Source: Abditibacteriaceae bacterium (GTDB lineage Bacteria; Armatimonadota; Abditibacteriia; Abditibacteriales; Abditibacteriaceae). From it: 28,495 nt of DNA. The stretch covers positions 1 to 28,495 of the forward strand of contig JANMKN010000019.1 of NCBI GenBank assembly GCA_031372065.1, written 5' to 3'. Under the pieces are notes generated by a model. The model was not told where the DNA came from. It saw only the letters and a list, made by a program, of their open reading frames with translations, and ran no database searches. Of the stretch, positions 8,176 to 16,598 are shown piece after piece. The position numbers and the translations under genes are program-made. The first letter of the stretch is position 1; each line of letters starts with the position of its first letter.

Positions 8176-8218
8176 CAAAACAGAACAGCCTCGCTCAAAT
8201 TCTGAGCGAGGCTGTTCT
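8176..8218 (-). terminator. Intrinsic terminator downstream of the M60 peptidase gene
   Basis: AGAACAGCCTCGCTCA (8182-8197) and TGAGCGAGGCTGTTCT (8203-8218) form a perfect 16-bp stem. The minus strand continues GTTTTG. Confidence 0.82.
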
Positions 8219-8253
8219 TATCTGACCCCTATGAAGAGCGCACTCCCAAAGTG

Positions 8254-10431
8254 TTATCTCAAATTATCCGGCAACCAAACCGGCAAATTTTTCACAGAAT
8301 TCAAGGCCGCTGGTGTAATCGAAATGCCCCACGCTCCAAAAAACGGGCCGAGATTTTTGCCGACGATGCGCGAATAGCGCATTGCCCATTGGTCGAGCTT
8401 TTCCTGATTGGTTTTGGGCCGTTCGTTCGCTTTCAAATCGCGGTATTCGGCGAAGATTTTCTTGTAAGAATCCCAGCCGAAGGCTTCTTGCAATTGAATA
8501 TACATTTGCAAATACAAAAACGGATCGCTTTGCAAATCGCTATATTTTTTGCCGCCCGCGACGTATTTGAGCCACGCTTTTTTCATGCTGTCATCGCGAA
8601 TCGCCGGATGCGCCGATTGGCGGTCTTTGCCAATGACGGTTTCCCAAACGTAGAGTGCGAACAGGTTATTCGTCACTTCGCCGGTGCCTTCGGGCGTCCA
8701 ATCGCCGACTTGGTGATTGTGCCCGAATTCGTGCCAATGGCCCCACGAACTATTGCGCAAGGCGGCGTTTTGCACCGAAGTTTTTTCAACGTCCAGCCAT
8801 GTCATAACCGGATAACCGGAATGCATATAACCGGCGGAAATTTGCTGGTCGCAAACAATGCGTTCGGGCCGTTTTTCCAAGCGTTTGATGCCGCGCAAAT
8901 CGGACATCGCCGTCAGAGCGTCCACATAAAGCTGCGCGACAGGGCGCGGGTCGTCCAAATCGCGGATGCTGCGCGAAGGCACCGTCACAATGGCACGATC
9001 CGTTTCGATTTCGGCCCATGCGCCGGGCAGCCAGCGAATGCGATTTTGCCAATCGGCCACATCGGTTTGGCCCAGCACAAAACGCGGCGCTTCATAGGCA
9101 CCGCCAATTGTCACATCGGTTTTGCCCGTTTTGTTGTCCGGCACGACGATGTAAACCAAGCCTCCGAACGGATTTGCAACGGTGGTTTCCTTTGCTGTCA
9201 AGGGCCAAACGCGCGAAATATCGGGCGCACGCGTCCACGAATCGAGATGATAAAGCGTGTCGGTGTGGCAACCAATGCGCACCGCGAGGCCAAGTTTTTC
9301 GGCTCCGTCGGGTAGGGTAACTTTGATTTTTCCGCCCGGTGCCGCGTAAAGCCCGACACCATGCCAATCGGGAATGGTTAAATCAATCGGCGAAGTTTGC
9401 GTGACAGGTTTGTAATTCGGCGGCACGTCGCCGGGAAAAACGGCGCCTGCCGGATGCGGCTTAATTTGGTCTACAGGTAGCGATTTTTCGATGTTGGTTT
9501 GCAGTGTCAAAAGCAAACGCGCCGCGCCGTCTTCGCTTTTAATCGGACGGCGCGGCAAAGGCACCACTTCGCCGGTAGCGTCCGTGGCTAACTTGCGGAG
9601 GCGCGGCAAAATTTGCGTGTCGTCCGGTGGCAAAGCGTTGGCTAAACCGCCGACAACTGCCGAAGCCTGCGCTAAATCATCTTTGCTGAGTTGCTGCCCG
9701 TTGCTCAAATGCGCCAGAATCGCATCGAAGGCGCGTCCGGCATGAGAAAGCAGATTCGGTGTTGTCGCCGCAATGCCGGTTTTTGTGGTTTTGCCGAGCA
9801 TGGCGTCTGTCCACACCAAACCAAACGGTGCCGTCACTTTGTTGCCTTCGTAATCGCTCGCTAAAGTTTGACCGGGATGCGTTTGCTCCCAACCCCAGCC
9901 TGTCGTCGCCATGATGAGGCCGCCGCCGTTTTTGAGATAGGCACTCAGCGCGTTAATGTGCGTGCTGTTGATGTCGTGTCCGTTGACAATCAGCACATCC
10001 ACACCGGGATTGGAAATCTCCGTCGCTCGCGCCTGCACATTTTGAATGCCAAGCCACGCCAGCAATTCGTTGCGCTTCCAAACGCCCACGCGCGGCTTGC
10101 CTTTTCCGGCCCAGCGAATGGCGTTGAGCATCAATTTTCCAGTGTCCGCAAAAGTCAACGCGTCGTTGTTGAGATAGCCATCGTGTCCCCATAACACAAG
10201 GCGCCCATTGCCCGCCTGCGCCGCCGCGACAACCGGTATTTGGCTGGTGCCGCTTTTGGCCGTAACAACAGGAAACGCCTCTGCGCCATAAGCTGCAATG
10301 CCGCCCGGAATGCCCGGCGCGGCAATTTCATTCACGCCTTGCAATAATTCTCTGACTGCGGCTTCATCAGCGCACGCGGCGCTCAAAAAGACGCAAAAGG
10401 CCGCTGTTATCACCCAAAAAACACGTTTCAT
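8254..10431 (-). CDS. Secreted M60-like (enhancin/TCAF-type) zinc metallopeptidase, 725 aa (start moved to ATG 10431)
   Basis: AAGGAG RBS and signal peptide MKRVFWVITAAFCVFLSAACA. Motifs GLYAAPG, RIGCHTD, NPFGGLVY, QISAGYMHSGYP and gluzincin WGHWHEFGHNHQ...GEVTNN. Confidence 0.92.
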   Translation of the reverse strand: MKRVFWVITAAFCVFLSAACADEAAVRELLQGVNEIAAPGIPGGIAAYGAEAFPVVTAKSGTSQIPVVAAAQAGNGRLVLWGHDGYLNNDALTFADTGKLMLNAIRWAGKGKPRVGVWKRNELLAWLGIQNVQARATEISNPGVDVLIVNGHDINSTHINALSAYLKNGGGLIMATTGWGWEQTHPGQTLASDYEGNKVTAPFGLVWTDAMLGKTTKTGIAATTPNLLSHAGRAFDAILAHLSNGQQLSKDDLAQASAVVGGLANALPPDDTQILPRLRKLATDATGEVVPLPRRPIKSEDGAARLLLTLQTNIEKSLPVDQIKPHPAGAVFPGDVPPNYKPVTQTSPIDLTIPDWHGVGLYAAPGGKIKVTLPDGAEKLGLAVRIGCHTDTLYHLDSWTRAPDISRVWPLTAKETTVANPFGGLVYIVVPDNKTGKTDVTIGGAYEAPRFVLGQTDVADWQNRIRWLPGAWAEIETDRAIVTVPSRSIRDLDDPRPVAQLYVDALTAMSDLRGIKRLEKRPERIVCDQQISAGYMHSGYPVMTWLDVEKTSVQNAALRNSSWGHWHEFGHNHQVGDWTPEGTGEVTNNLFALYVWETVIGKDRQSAHPAIRDDSMKKAWLKYVAGGKKYSDLQSDPFLYLQMYIQLQEAFGWDSYKKIFAEYRDLKANERPKTNQEKLDQWAMRYSRIVGKNLGPFFGAWGISITPAALNSVKNLPVWLPDNLR

Positions 10432-10467
10432 CGGCAAAAACTCCTTTGGTATTACCAACAATCGGAA

Positions 10468-10495
10468 AGTATAGCGGATTTCACCGCGTCATCAA
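10468..10495 (-). promoter_or_regulatory. Possible promoter for the M60 gene, overlapping the end of the upstream gene
   Basis: Minus strand TTGATG-16 nt-TATACT, ending 36 nt before the ATG. Confidence 0.4.
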
Positions 10496-11626
10496 AAGCG
10501 CATCGGGCACAGTTGGCTCTTTGAGGCCAGAAGGCTGATTTGTCCAAGGGCGATTGGCGATTTGGCCGTTGACGATTAAGACCGATGACGGGCCGCAATC
10601 CATGTGCAAAGCGTCTTGTGCGCCTTCTTGGGCCATCAGTTTTGCCAGTTCGGGCAGCGTCAGGCCGGGCGAGGCGAAATCGTCGCCGTCGGCGATGACA
10701 AATAGCATATCGCCGTTTGGTGCGATACCGATTCCAGTGCGCGAACCGCGTTGCAAAACGTCGGGGCGAAATTCTTCTTCGATTGAAGTTTCGCGTGCGA
10801 TGCCATCGCTGACTAAACGCGGCCCAGCGCCTAAAATCGTCGGATAATCGGCCCAATCGTCAGGTGAGTTTTCCACTTTCCAACTCGCGTTTTGGCCGAT
10901 AACCGCAGCGGAAATTTGCGTAATGGAAGTGCCTTTGGCGACAATCAAAAAGCCGTTAGCACGGATATTGGCGCCGCCGCTTTTGACAACTTTGCTGATT
11001 TTGCTCTCTGTAATTTCAAGCGCGCTTTCGCCGTCTCTCAATTTGTAATTCGTGCCATAGCGCGGCGTAAGAACCGCAAAGCCATCGGCGCTGGCACTGC
11101 CATTGAGAGCCGCGTCGATTATTGTTGCACCATTGATTTCAATTTTTACCGCGCCGCGCAAATTGGCGATGCGCGTTGTGCCATCGCTTTTGAGGCCGAG
11201 CGCGGTGCGATTTTTCCACGGCAGGCGAATCCACTCGCCCTCTTTTTTGACAGCGCCTAAAGCCGCGCCATCGTAAGCGAAAAAGCCGCCGTTGACGGCC
11301 ACAGGCGCGTTTTCGCGGGTGGATATTTGCGAAACGGTTTCGCGCTGCATGACGGTGCCTTGCGCGATTGCCAAATTGAGTTTCCATCCGGCGTTTTTCT
11401 CGCCGCGCACAACGTAAATTTGCACCGGCCCGGCGGGTGATTTATAAGGAAATTTGCGCAAAGTGAGGCCCGGTTGCAATGTTGTTGTTGAGGTTTCCAG
11501 CGGCGTAGCAAACGGGCGCCACAAGGCGATTCCCACCATTAAAATGACCAAACAAGTCAGTTGGAGCCACCAGCGCAAAGGGAAGATTTTGCGGCGCGTT
11601 TGTGGTTTGTCTGGATTAAGGCGCAT
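10481..11626 (-). CDS. Phosphodiester glycosidase family (NAGPA/DUF2233-like) protein with an N-terminal membrane anchor
   Basis: AVNGGFF, RTALG, GAGPRLV, RTGIG, GLTLPELA..M...GAQDAL and a variant of the LDGGGSS motif (MDCGPSS). Confidence 0.88.
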   Translation of the reverse strand: MRLNPDKPQTRRKIFPLRWWLQLTCLVILMVGIALWRPFATPLETSTTTLQPGLTLRKFPYKSPAGPVQIYVVRGEKNAGWKLNLAIAQGTVMQRETVSQISTRENAPVAVNGGFFAYDGAALGAVKKEGEWIRLPWKNRTALGLKSDGTTRIANLRGAVKIEINGATIIDAALNGSASADGFAVLTPRYGTNYKLRDGESALEITESKISKVVKSGGANIRANGFLIVAKGTSITQISAAVIGQNASWKVENSPDDWADYPTILGAGPRLVSDGIARETSIEEEFRPDVLQRGSRTGIGIAPNGDMLFVIADGDDFASPGLTLPELAKLMAQEGAQDALHMDCGPSSVLIVNGQIANRPWTNQPSGLKEPTVPDALLMTR

Positions 11627-11632
11627 AGCAAA

Positions 11633-11641
11633 ATTGTAACA
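11633..11641 (-). promoter_or_regulatory. Extended -10 promoter giving a probably leaderless mRNA
   Basis: Minus strand TGtTACAAT, then 6 nt, then the ATG at 11626. No SD. Confidence 0.55.
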
Positions 11642-11695
11642 CGGATTTTGTCTTTAATTGTTGAAAACAAGAGCGCGTGATAAACCAACCGCACC

Positions 11696-11920
11696 ATGAT
11701 TTTGGGTTTTGTGCTTATCGCCGCCGGAATTGGCTTGGCTTTTTTGTGGACGCAAGAGTTCGCTTTCGCGCTCAAAGGCGCTTGCATTTTGGGCCTGCTG
11801 TTTTTTGGGCTGATTAATGTTTTAATGAGTCTCTCGAAACAAAAAGCAGCGCGCGATTTAAAGCGCGCTTTGCACGATGAAACCGGCGATGCCGAAGACG
11901 CATCGCCGCCAAATGTTTAA
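11696..11920 (+). CDS. Small two-TM membrane protein
   Basis: Two hydrophobic helices and a charged tail. First gene of a co-directional cluster. Confidence 0.7.
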   Translation: MILGFVLIAAGIGLAFLWTQEFAFALKGACILGLLFFGLINVLMSLSKQKAARDLKRALHDETGDAEDASPPNV

Positions 11921-11946
11921 TGTCCAAAACCCACAGGAGAAATCTG

Positions 11947-12975
11947 ATGAAACGAAAAATTTCACTTTCCGGCGCGCTGGCGCTTTTACTGATTTCGGCA
12001 AGCGCGCGCGCCGATGTAACGCTGGGCGGCCCCGCGCCCGATTTTGCGTTGCCCGATCAAAACAATGTGACGCATAAATTGGCCGATTACAAAGGCAAAA
12101 CCGTCGTTTTGGCTTTTTATCCTGCTGATATGACGCCCGGCTGCACCTTGGAAGCGCGCAGTTTGAATGTGGCGTTGACCGATTTTGGCAAGCGCGGCGT
12201 GCAGGTTTTCGGCGTTTCGGTGCAAGATGTCGAATCGAAAAAGAAATTTTGCGAGTTGGAAGGTCTGACGTATCCGCTTTTGGCCGATGTGACCAAACAA
12301 ACCGCCAAAGATTACGGCGTTTTGGGCGATAATGGCCGCGCCAAACGCGTCACGTTTTTAATCGGCCCCGACGGAAATGTGGCGGCGATTGACCGCAAAG
12401 TCAACACCAAGGAACACGCGCAAGGCATTATGGCGTTATTGGATGCGCTCAAGGCCGAAAAAGCCGAATTGGACAAGCCCGTCGCGCCCTTTTCGCTATT
12501 TTCGCTGGATGGAAAAGCGATGACCTTAGGCGATTGGGCCGAAGGCGACACCAAAGCGACTGTTATCGTTTTTCATTCGGCCAATTGCCCTGTTGCGGGC
12601 AATTACAACGGGCGTTTGAACGATTTGTTGGCAAATTACGGCGCCAAAGGTGTGCGCGTGATTGCTTTTAATGCGAACACGGCGGAATCGGCAGAGGAAA
12701 TTACAGCGAATGCCAAAGCCAAAGATTTGAAATTCCCGATTTACCGCGACACTGGCGCGGCGGCCACGCGATTGGGCGCGCAGGTGACGCCAACTGCGTA
12801 TTTAATTGATGCGTCGGGCCTTTTGCGCTATCGGGGCCGCATTGACGACCACCGTTTTGCCGCCAGCGTCCAAACGCGCGATTTGCAAAACGCTATTGAC
12901 GCCGTTTTAGAAAATAAGCCTGTCGAAGTGAAAGAAACGCAGGCGCGTGGTTGCGAAATCCGTAAAGCGCAGTAA
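11947..12975 (+). CDS. Exported tandem redoxin: BCP/PrxQ peroxiredoxin domain fused to a second AhpC/TSA-like thioredoxin-fold domain (start moved to ATG 11947)
   Basis: AGGAG RBS and a signal peptide ending ARA-D. Domain 1: APDFAL...FYPADMTPGCT (PxxxTxxC) and AKRVTFLI. Domain 2: APFSL...HSANCPV...TPTAYLID...YRGRIDD...GCEI. Confidence 0.88.
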   Translation: MKRKISLSGALALLLISASARADVTLGGPAPDFALPDQNNVTHKLADYKGKTVVLAFYPADMTPGCTLEARSLNVALTDFGKRGVQVFGVSVQDVESKKKFCELEGLTYPLLADVTKQTAKDYGVLGDNGRAKRVTFLIGPDGNVAAIDRKVNTKEHAQGIMALLDALKAEKAELDKPVAPFSLFSLDGKAMTLGDWAEGDTKATVIVFHSANCPVAGNYNGRLNDLLANYGAKGVRVIAFNANTAESAEEITANAKAKDLKFPIYRDTGAAATRLGAQVTPTAYLIDASGLLRYRGRIDDHRFAASVQTRDLQNAIDAVLENKPVEVKETQARGCEIRKAQ

Positions 12976-12977
12976 CC

Positions 12978-13466
12978 ATGAAAAAAACTATCCTGTTTTT
13001 ACTGCTCGCCGTGCCATTTTCGACAAAAATGGCGCCTGCCAAACCCGCGCCATGGCCTGCTCCGACTTCGGTTGAGGCGCTGAAAAAGCAAATCGTGGCG
13101 CGTAAAGGAAAAGTCGTGCTGCTCAACTTTTGGGCAACGTGGTGCACGCCATGCGTGGCGGAATTGCCGCTTCTGGAAAAACTGCAAAAACAGAATTCCA
13201 AAAAACTCTCCGTGATGCTTGTTTCTGCCGATGAATCCAGTGACCGCCCGAAAGCCGCGCAATTGCTGCGACAAAAAGGGCACTCTGGCGCTTCATGGAT
13301 TATCGCGGGCAATGAGTCGGATTTTCTGAAAAAATTCGATCCCAAAAGCGGCGATTTCGCTTTGCCTCGCACTTATCTTTTCGGGCGCGATGGCAAATTG
13401 ATCAAGGCGCTGACTGCGGACGAATCAAAAAATTTGGAAGCGACAGTTAAGAAACTGTTGAAGTAA
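12978..13466 (+). CDS. TlpA/ResA-family thiol-disulfide oxidoreductase, exported
   Basis: KGKVVLLNFWATWCTPCVAELP, LPRTYLFGRDG and an N-terminal signal sequence. Starts 2 nt after the upstream stop. Confidence 0.92.
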   Translation: MKKTILFLLLAVPFSTKMAPAKPAPWPAPTSVEALKKQIVARKGKVVLLNFWATWCTPCVAELPLLEKLQKQNSKKLSVMLVSADESSDRPKAAQLLRQKGHSGASWIIAGNESDFLKKFDPKSGDFALPRTYLFGRDGKLIKALTADESKNLEATVKKLLK

Positions 13467-13484
13467 ACCTCCTGAGCAAAATGG

Positions 13485-13518
13485 CAAAAGCGGTCTCTTA
13501 TGAGGCCGCTTTTGTTTT
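13485..13518 (+). terminator. Intrinsic terminator after the redoxin cluster
   Basis: CAAAAGCGGTCTC-TTAT-GAGGCCGCTTTTG followed by TTTT. Confidence 0.75.
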
Positions 13519-13537
13519 ACTATCTGCGAAGAAATCT

Positions 13538-14464
13538 ATGCCAACCATTCACGAAAAAATTTCCGGCGGACTTTACGGTTTGCTGATCGGTGATGCCTTG
13601 GGCGTGCCTTACGAATTTAAAGCGCCGCAAAATTTGCCGCCGCTTGAACAAATCGAATTTGAGCCGCCCTCCGGCTTTCCGCGCACTTACGAAGGCTTGC
13701 CGATTGGCACATGGTCAGATGACGGTGCGCAGGCGCTTTGTCTTTTGGCCTCGCTTTTGGAAATCGGCGAATTCGACGCCGAAGATTTCGGTTTGCGCCT
13801 TGTGCGTTGGGCCGAAGAAGGCTATTTGGCAGTTGATAACAACGTTTTTGATATTGGCATCACCACCAGCGCCGCTGTGCGCAATTTGCGGCGCGGCACA
13901 TTTGCCGAAGCTGCTGGCTTGACCGATGAAAATTCCAATGGCAACGGTTCGCTGATGCGCGCGTTGCCACTCGCCTTGTGGCACAAAGGCAGCGACGAAG
14001 ATTTGATGGACGACGCCATGACGCAATCGCGCGTAACGCATGGCCATTTGCGCTCGCAATTGTGTTGTGCGCTTTACTGCTTGTGGGCGCGGCGCATTCT
14101 GCAAGAACACGCCGCGCCGTGGGACGATGCCGTTGCCACTTTGCGCGACTATTTAGGCGAATTCGCGCCGGGACGCGGCGAGCTGGAAACAAAAATCCTC
14201 GCGCAGCAAAACGAATACACCGGCAGCGGTTACGTCGTGGACTGTTTGTTCTCCGCGCTGTGGGCAGTCGGGCAGGGCAGCTACGAAATCGCAGTGAAGA
14301 AAGCGATTGCGCTGGGTCACGATACCGATACAACGGCGTGCGTGGCGGGCGGCATTGCCGGTTTGCGCGATGGCATCGAAGCGATTCCGCAGCGTTGGCG
14401 TGAGGCTTTGCGCGGTCAAGACATGATGCAGCCTTTGTTGGAGGGTTTGCTGGCGCGCGTTTGA
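13538..14464 (+). CDS. ADP-ribosylglycohydrolase (DraG/ARH family); start moved to ATG 13538
   Basis: GDALGVPYEF, WSDDG, FDIG.TT, GNGSLMR, SRVTH and GHDTDTTACVAGGIAG. Confidence 0.93.
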   Translation: MPTIHEKISGGLYGLLIGDALGVPYEFKAPQNLPPLEQIEFEPPSGFPRTYEGLPIGTWSDDGAQALCLLASLLEIGEFDAEDFGLRLVRWAEEGYLAVDNNVFDIGITTSAAVRNLRRGTFAEAAGLTDENSNGNGSLMRALPLALWHKGSDEDLMDDAMTQSRVTHGHLRSQLCCALYCLWARRILQEHAAPWDDAVATLRDYLGEFAPGRGELETKILAQQNEYTGSGYVVDCLFSALWAVGQGSYEIAVKKAIALGHDTDTTACVAGGIAGLRDGIEAIPQRWREALRGQDMMQPLLEGLLARV

Positions 14465-14481
14465 AAATAGCCCGATTATTC

Positions 14482-16554
14482 ATGGCGAAAAGTTCTACTG
14501 AAACTGAAAAGTCGTATCAGGTCACGATTAACGCGAAAGTCGAAGACAATCCGCCTACGCCATGGAGCGAAGATGATCCGCGTTTTTGGCAGGTTGGATT
14601 GTGGTTTTTGCTCATTGGCATTGCGCTGCGGCAATTCGCTTTGGCGCACGCGCCTTATTCATCGGATGAAGGAATTCACGCGTGGTTCACGCAGGATTTT
14701 TACAAATACACCTACGACCCGGTTTATCATGGCCCGCTGCTGTATCATCTCGAAGCGGCCATTTTTTCGATGCTGCGGCCCGGTTTAGCGGGCGATTATA
14801 TCGGGCGCTTGTTGCCGTCGCTGCTTGGCATTGGCTGTTTGGCGGTCATTATCGGCCCGGCGCGGCGTTGGCTGGGCGCCAAAGGTGCGTTGTGGACTTT
14901 AGTGATGCTGGCGATTTCGCCTGTCATGGTCGCCTATTCGCGTGTGCTAATTCACGACTCCTTGGTGATGCTTCTCACACTCGGCGCGGTTTTATGCTTT
15001 CAACGCACACTCGAAACGCATAGTTGGACAAATAGCGGAAGCCAAGCGCGGGTTGGTTTGGTGGCGCTGTTGACGCTGTTTCTTTGCACCAAAGCGAATG
15101 CGTTTTTTATTCTCGTTATGCTGATGGCGTTTTGGGTGATCGTCGTTTTGCGACGACATATCACAACGCCAAAATTGCCGACTTGGTTAAATCATTCGCT
15201 GCCGTTAATTCTATTTTTCATCGTTTCGATTTCTTCGATTTTGGCGTTGCGACAGCCAGATTTCGACCCTTATATTCAACACTTAAAAGATGCGAAAACA
15301 ACCGGGTTTGCCTTATCGTTTGCGCGCTTTATTCACAGTGAATCGTTGTTCAAAATTGTCAGCGTTTTTTGCGTGGGCTTATTAGGTTTATGGTCGCTAT
15401 TCTCGCCGAATGTGGCCCAACCTGAAGCGCCAACCGAAGAAGAACTGCAAGTAAAACCAAACTTCGATTTGCGCACGCCCGTAATTGCCGGATGGGTTGC
15501 CGTTTTTCTGTTTTTCTACCTTTATGGGCACGGCGTCAAATGGTGGCAAGTGCCGGTAGAAATGGTGAAAACCCCGGCGGCGTGGGCACAAAAATTTGAT
15601 CGTAGCGTGACAGCTATCAGCGCTACCATGCGCCATCAGAAGCAGTTCGATGTGCCGCCGGATAAAGATTGGACAGCCGCGCAAATCGCCGAAGCGCCCG
15701 ATTGGGATGCCGCCATCAGCGCGGTGCCACGAATGCTTTCTTATTGGGGCGGACAGCAGAAAAAACCGCGCTTGCCGGGGCGTCACGATTATTATTTGAC
15801 GCTGATGATTTTGTATGAATTGCCGCTGGTTTTGGCGGCCATCGGCGGCATTTGGCACGCTTCGCGACGACGAACGCCGTTTGGCGATTTATTGTTGTGG
15901 TGGGCGTTTACTTCGTTCGTTTTATACGCCGTCGCCAACGAAAAGGTGCCGTGGCTTTTGACGCACATCCTGTTTCCGCTGATTTTGTTGGCCGGAATAT
16001 GGCTTGGCGACACCCAATGGAAAAGACAGCATTTAAAAGTGCTTTACGGTGTTTGCGTTTTAAGCGCGATTTTCTTGCTGCGCAATGTGCTGGCGACCAG
16101 TTTTGGTCGCCCGAATGACCAACACGAGCCGATGTTTTACGCGCAGACGACAGAAGTTTTTCGCGATACTTATAACAACGCCATGACCATCACCGCGCAA
16201 GATGCGGGCGATGTGTGGCTTGATCCGCCGACCCAATGGCCTGCTGTGTGGTGGCTGCGCCCGAATGCGCCGTATAAAGGCAACGCCAACATGAGCTACA
16301 ACGAAAAACTGCCCGATACGCCGATTAAAGTGGCGGTTATTTCGCTTGATGACTGGAAAAAATACGAAGCGAAGCTACCCGGCTGGCGACACGAAAAAAT
16401 AGATTATTTTATCTGGCCGCGCGCCTCATGGCCCGCGCTTCGTCCTAAAACGTTTTGGAATTTCTGGGCTTATCGCAAAACCAACAAAGGCAACAATCTT
16501 TTGGACGCGCCCGGTGAATGGAGCAACAACGAAGCGATTATAGCTTGGAAATAA
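14482..16554 (+). CDS. TIGR03663-like (Agl23-associated) GT-C/PMT-type multi-pass membrane protein; alternative TTG start at 14461 overlaps the upstream stop
   Basis: DEGIHAWF...YTYDPVYHGPLLYH, SPVMVAYSR...HD, TKAN, LYELP, EKVPWLLTH..PL and YAQT, with many TM helices. Confidence 0.8.
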   Translation: MAKSSTETEKSYQVTINAKVEDNPPTPWSEDDPRFWQVGLWFLLIGIALRQFALAHAPYSSDEGIHAWFTQDFYKYTYDPVYHGPLLYHLEAAIFSMLRPGLAGDYIGRLLPSLLGIGCLAVIIGPARRWLGAKGALWTLVMLAISPVMVAYSRVLIHDSLVMLLTLGAVLCFQRTLETHSWTNSGSQARVGLVALLTLFLCTKANAFFILVMLMAFWVIVVLRRHITTPKLPTWLNHSLPLILFFIVSISSILALRQPDFDPYIQHLKDAKTTGFALSFARFIHSESLFKIVSVFCVGLLGLWSLFSPNVAQPEAPTEEELQVKPNFDLRTPVIAGWVAVFLFFYLYGHGVKWWQVPVEMVKTPAAWAQKFDRSVTAISATMRHQKQFDVPPDKDWTAAQIAEAPDWDAAISAVPRMLSYWGGQQKKPRLPGRHDYYLTLMILYELPLVLAAIGGIWHASRRRTPFGDLLLWWAFTSFVLYAVANEKVPWLLTHILFPLILLAGIWLGDTQWKRQHLKVLYGVCVLSAIFLLRNVLATSFGRPNDQHEPMFYAQTTEVFRDTYNNAMTITAQDAGDVWLDPPTQWPAVWWLRPNAPYKGNANMSYNEKLPDTPIKVAVISLDDWKKYEAKLPGWRHEKIDYFIWPRASWPALRPKTFWNFWAYRKTNKGNNLLDAPGEWSNNEAIIAWK

Positions 16555-16598
16555 AATCCGTTTCACTACTGAGATGAGAATGAATTTAGGCGCAGGGA

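Noticed and set aside
8251..9315. 354-aa plus-strand ORF
   Set aside because: Antisense shadow of the M60 peptidase gene, with no recognisable motifs.
13481..13537. Longer start for the ADP-ribosylglycohydrolase
   Set aside because: The extension runs through the terminator hairpin of the upstream cluster. ATG 13538 fits the family N-terminus.
13538..14464. Anti-phage or toxin-antitoxin system built around the ADP-ribosylglycohydrolase
   Set aside because: No ADP-ribosyltransferase, toxin, nuclease or other defence gene is adjacent.
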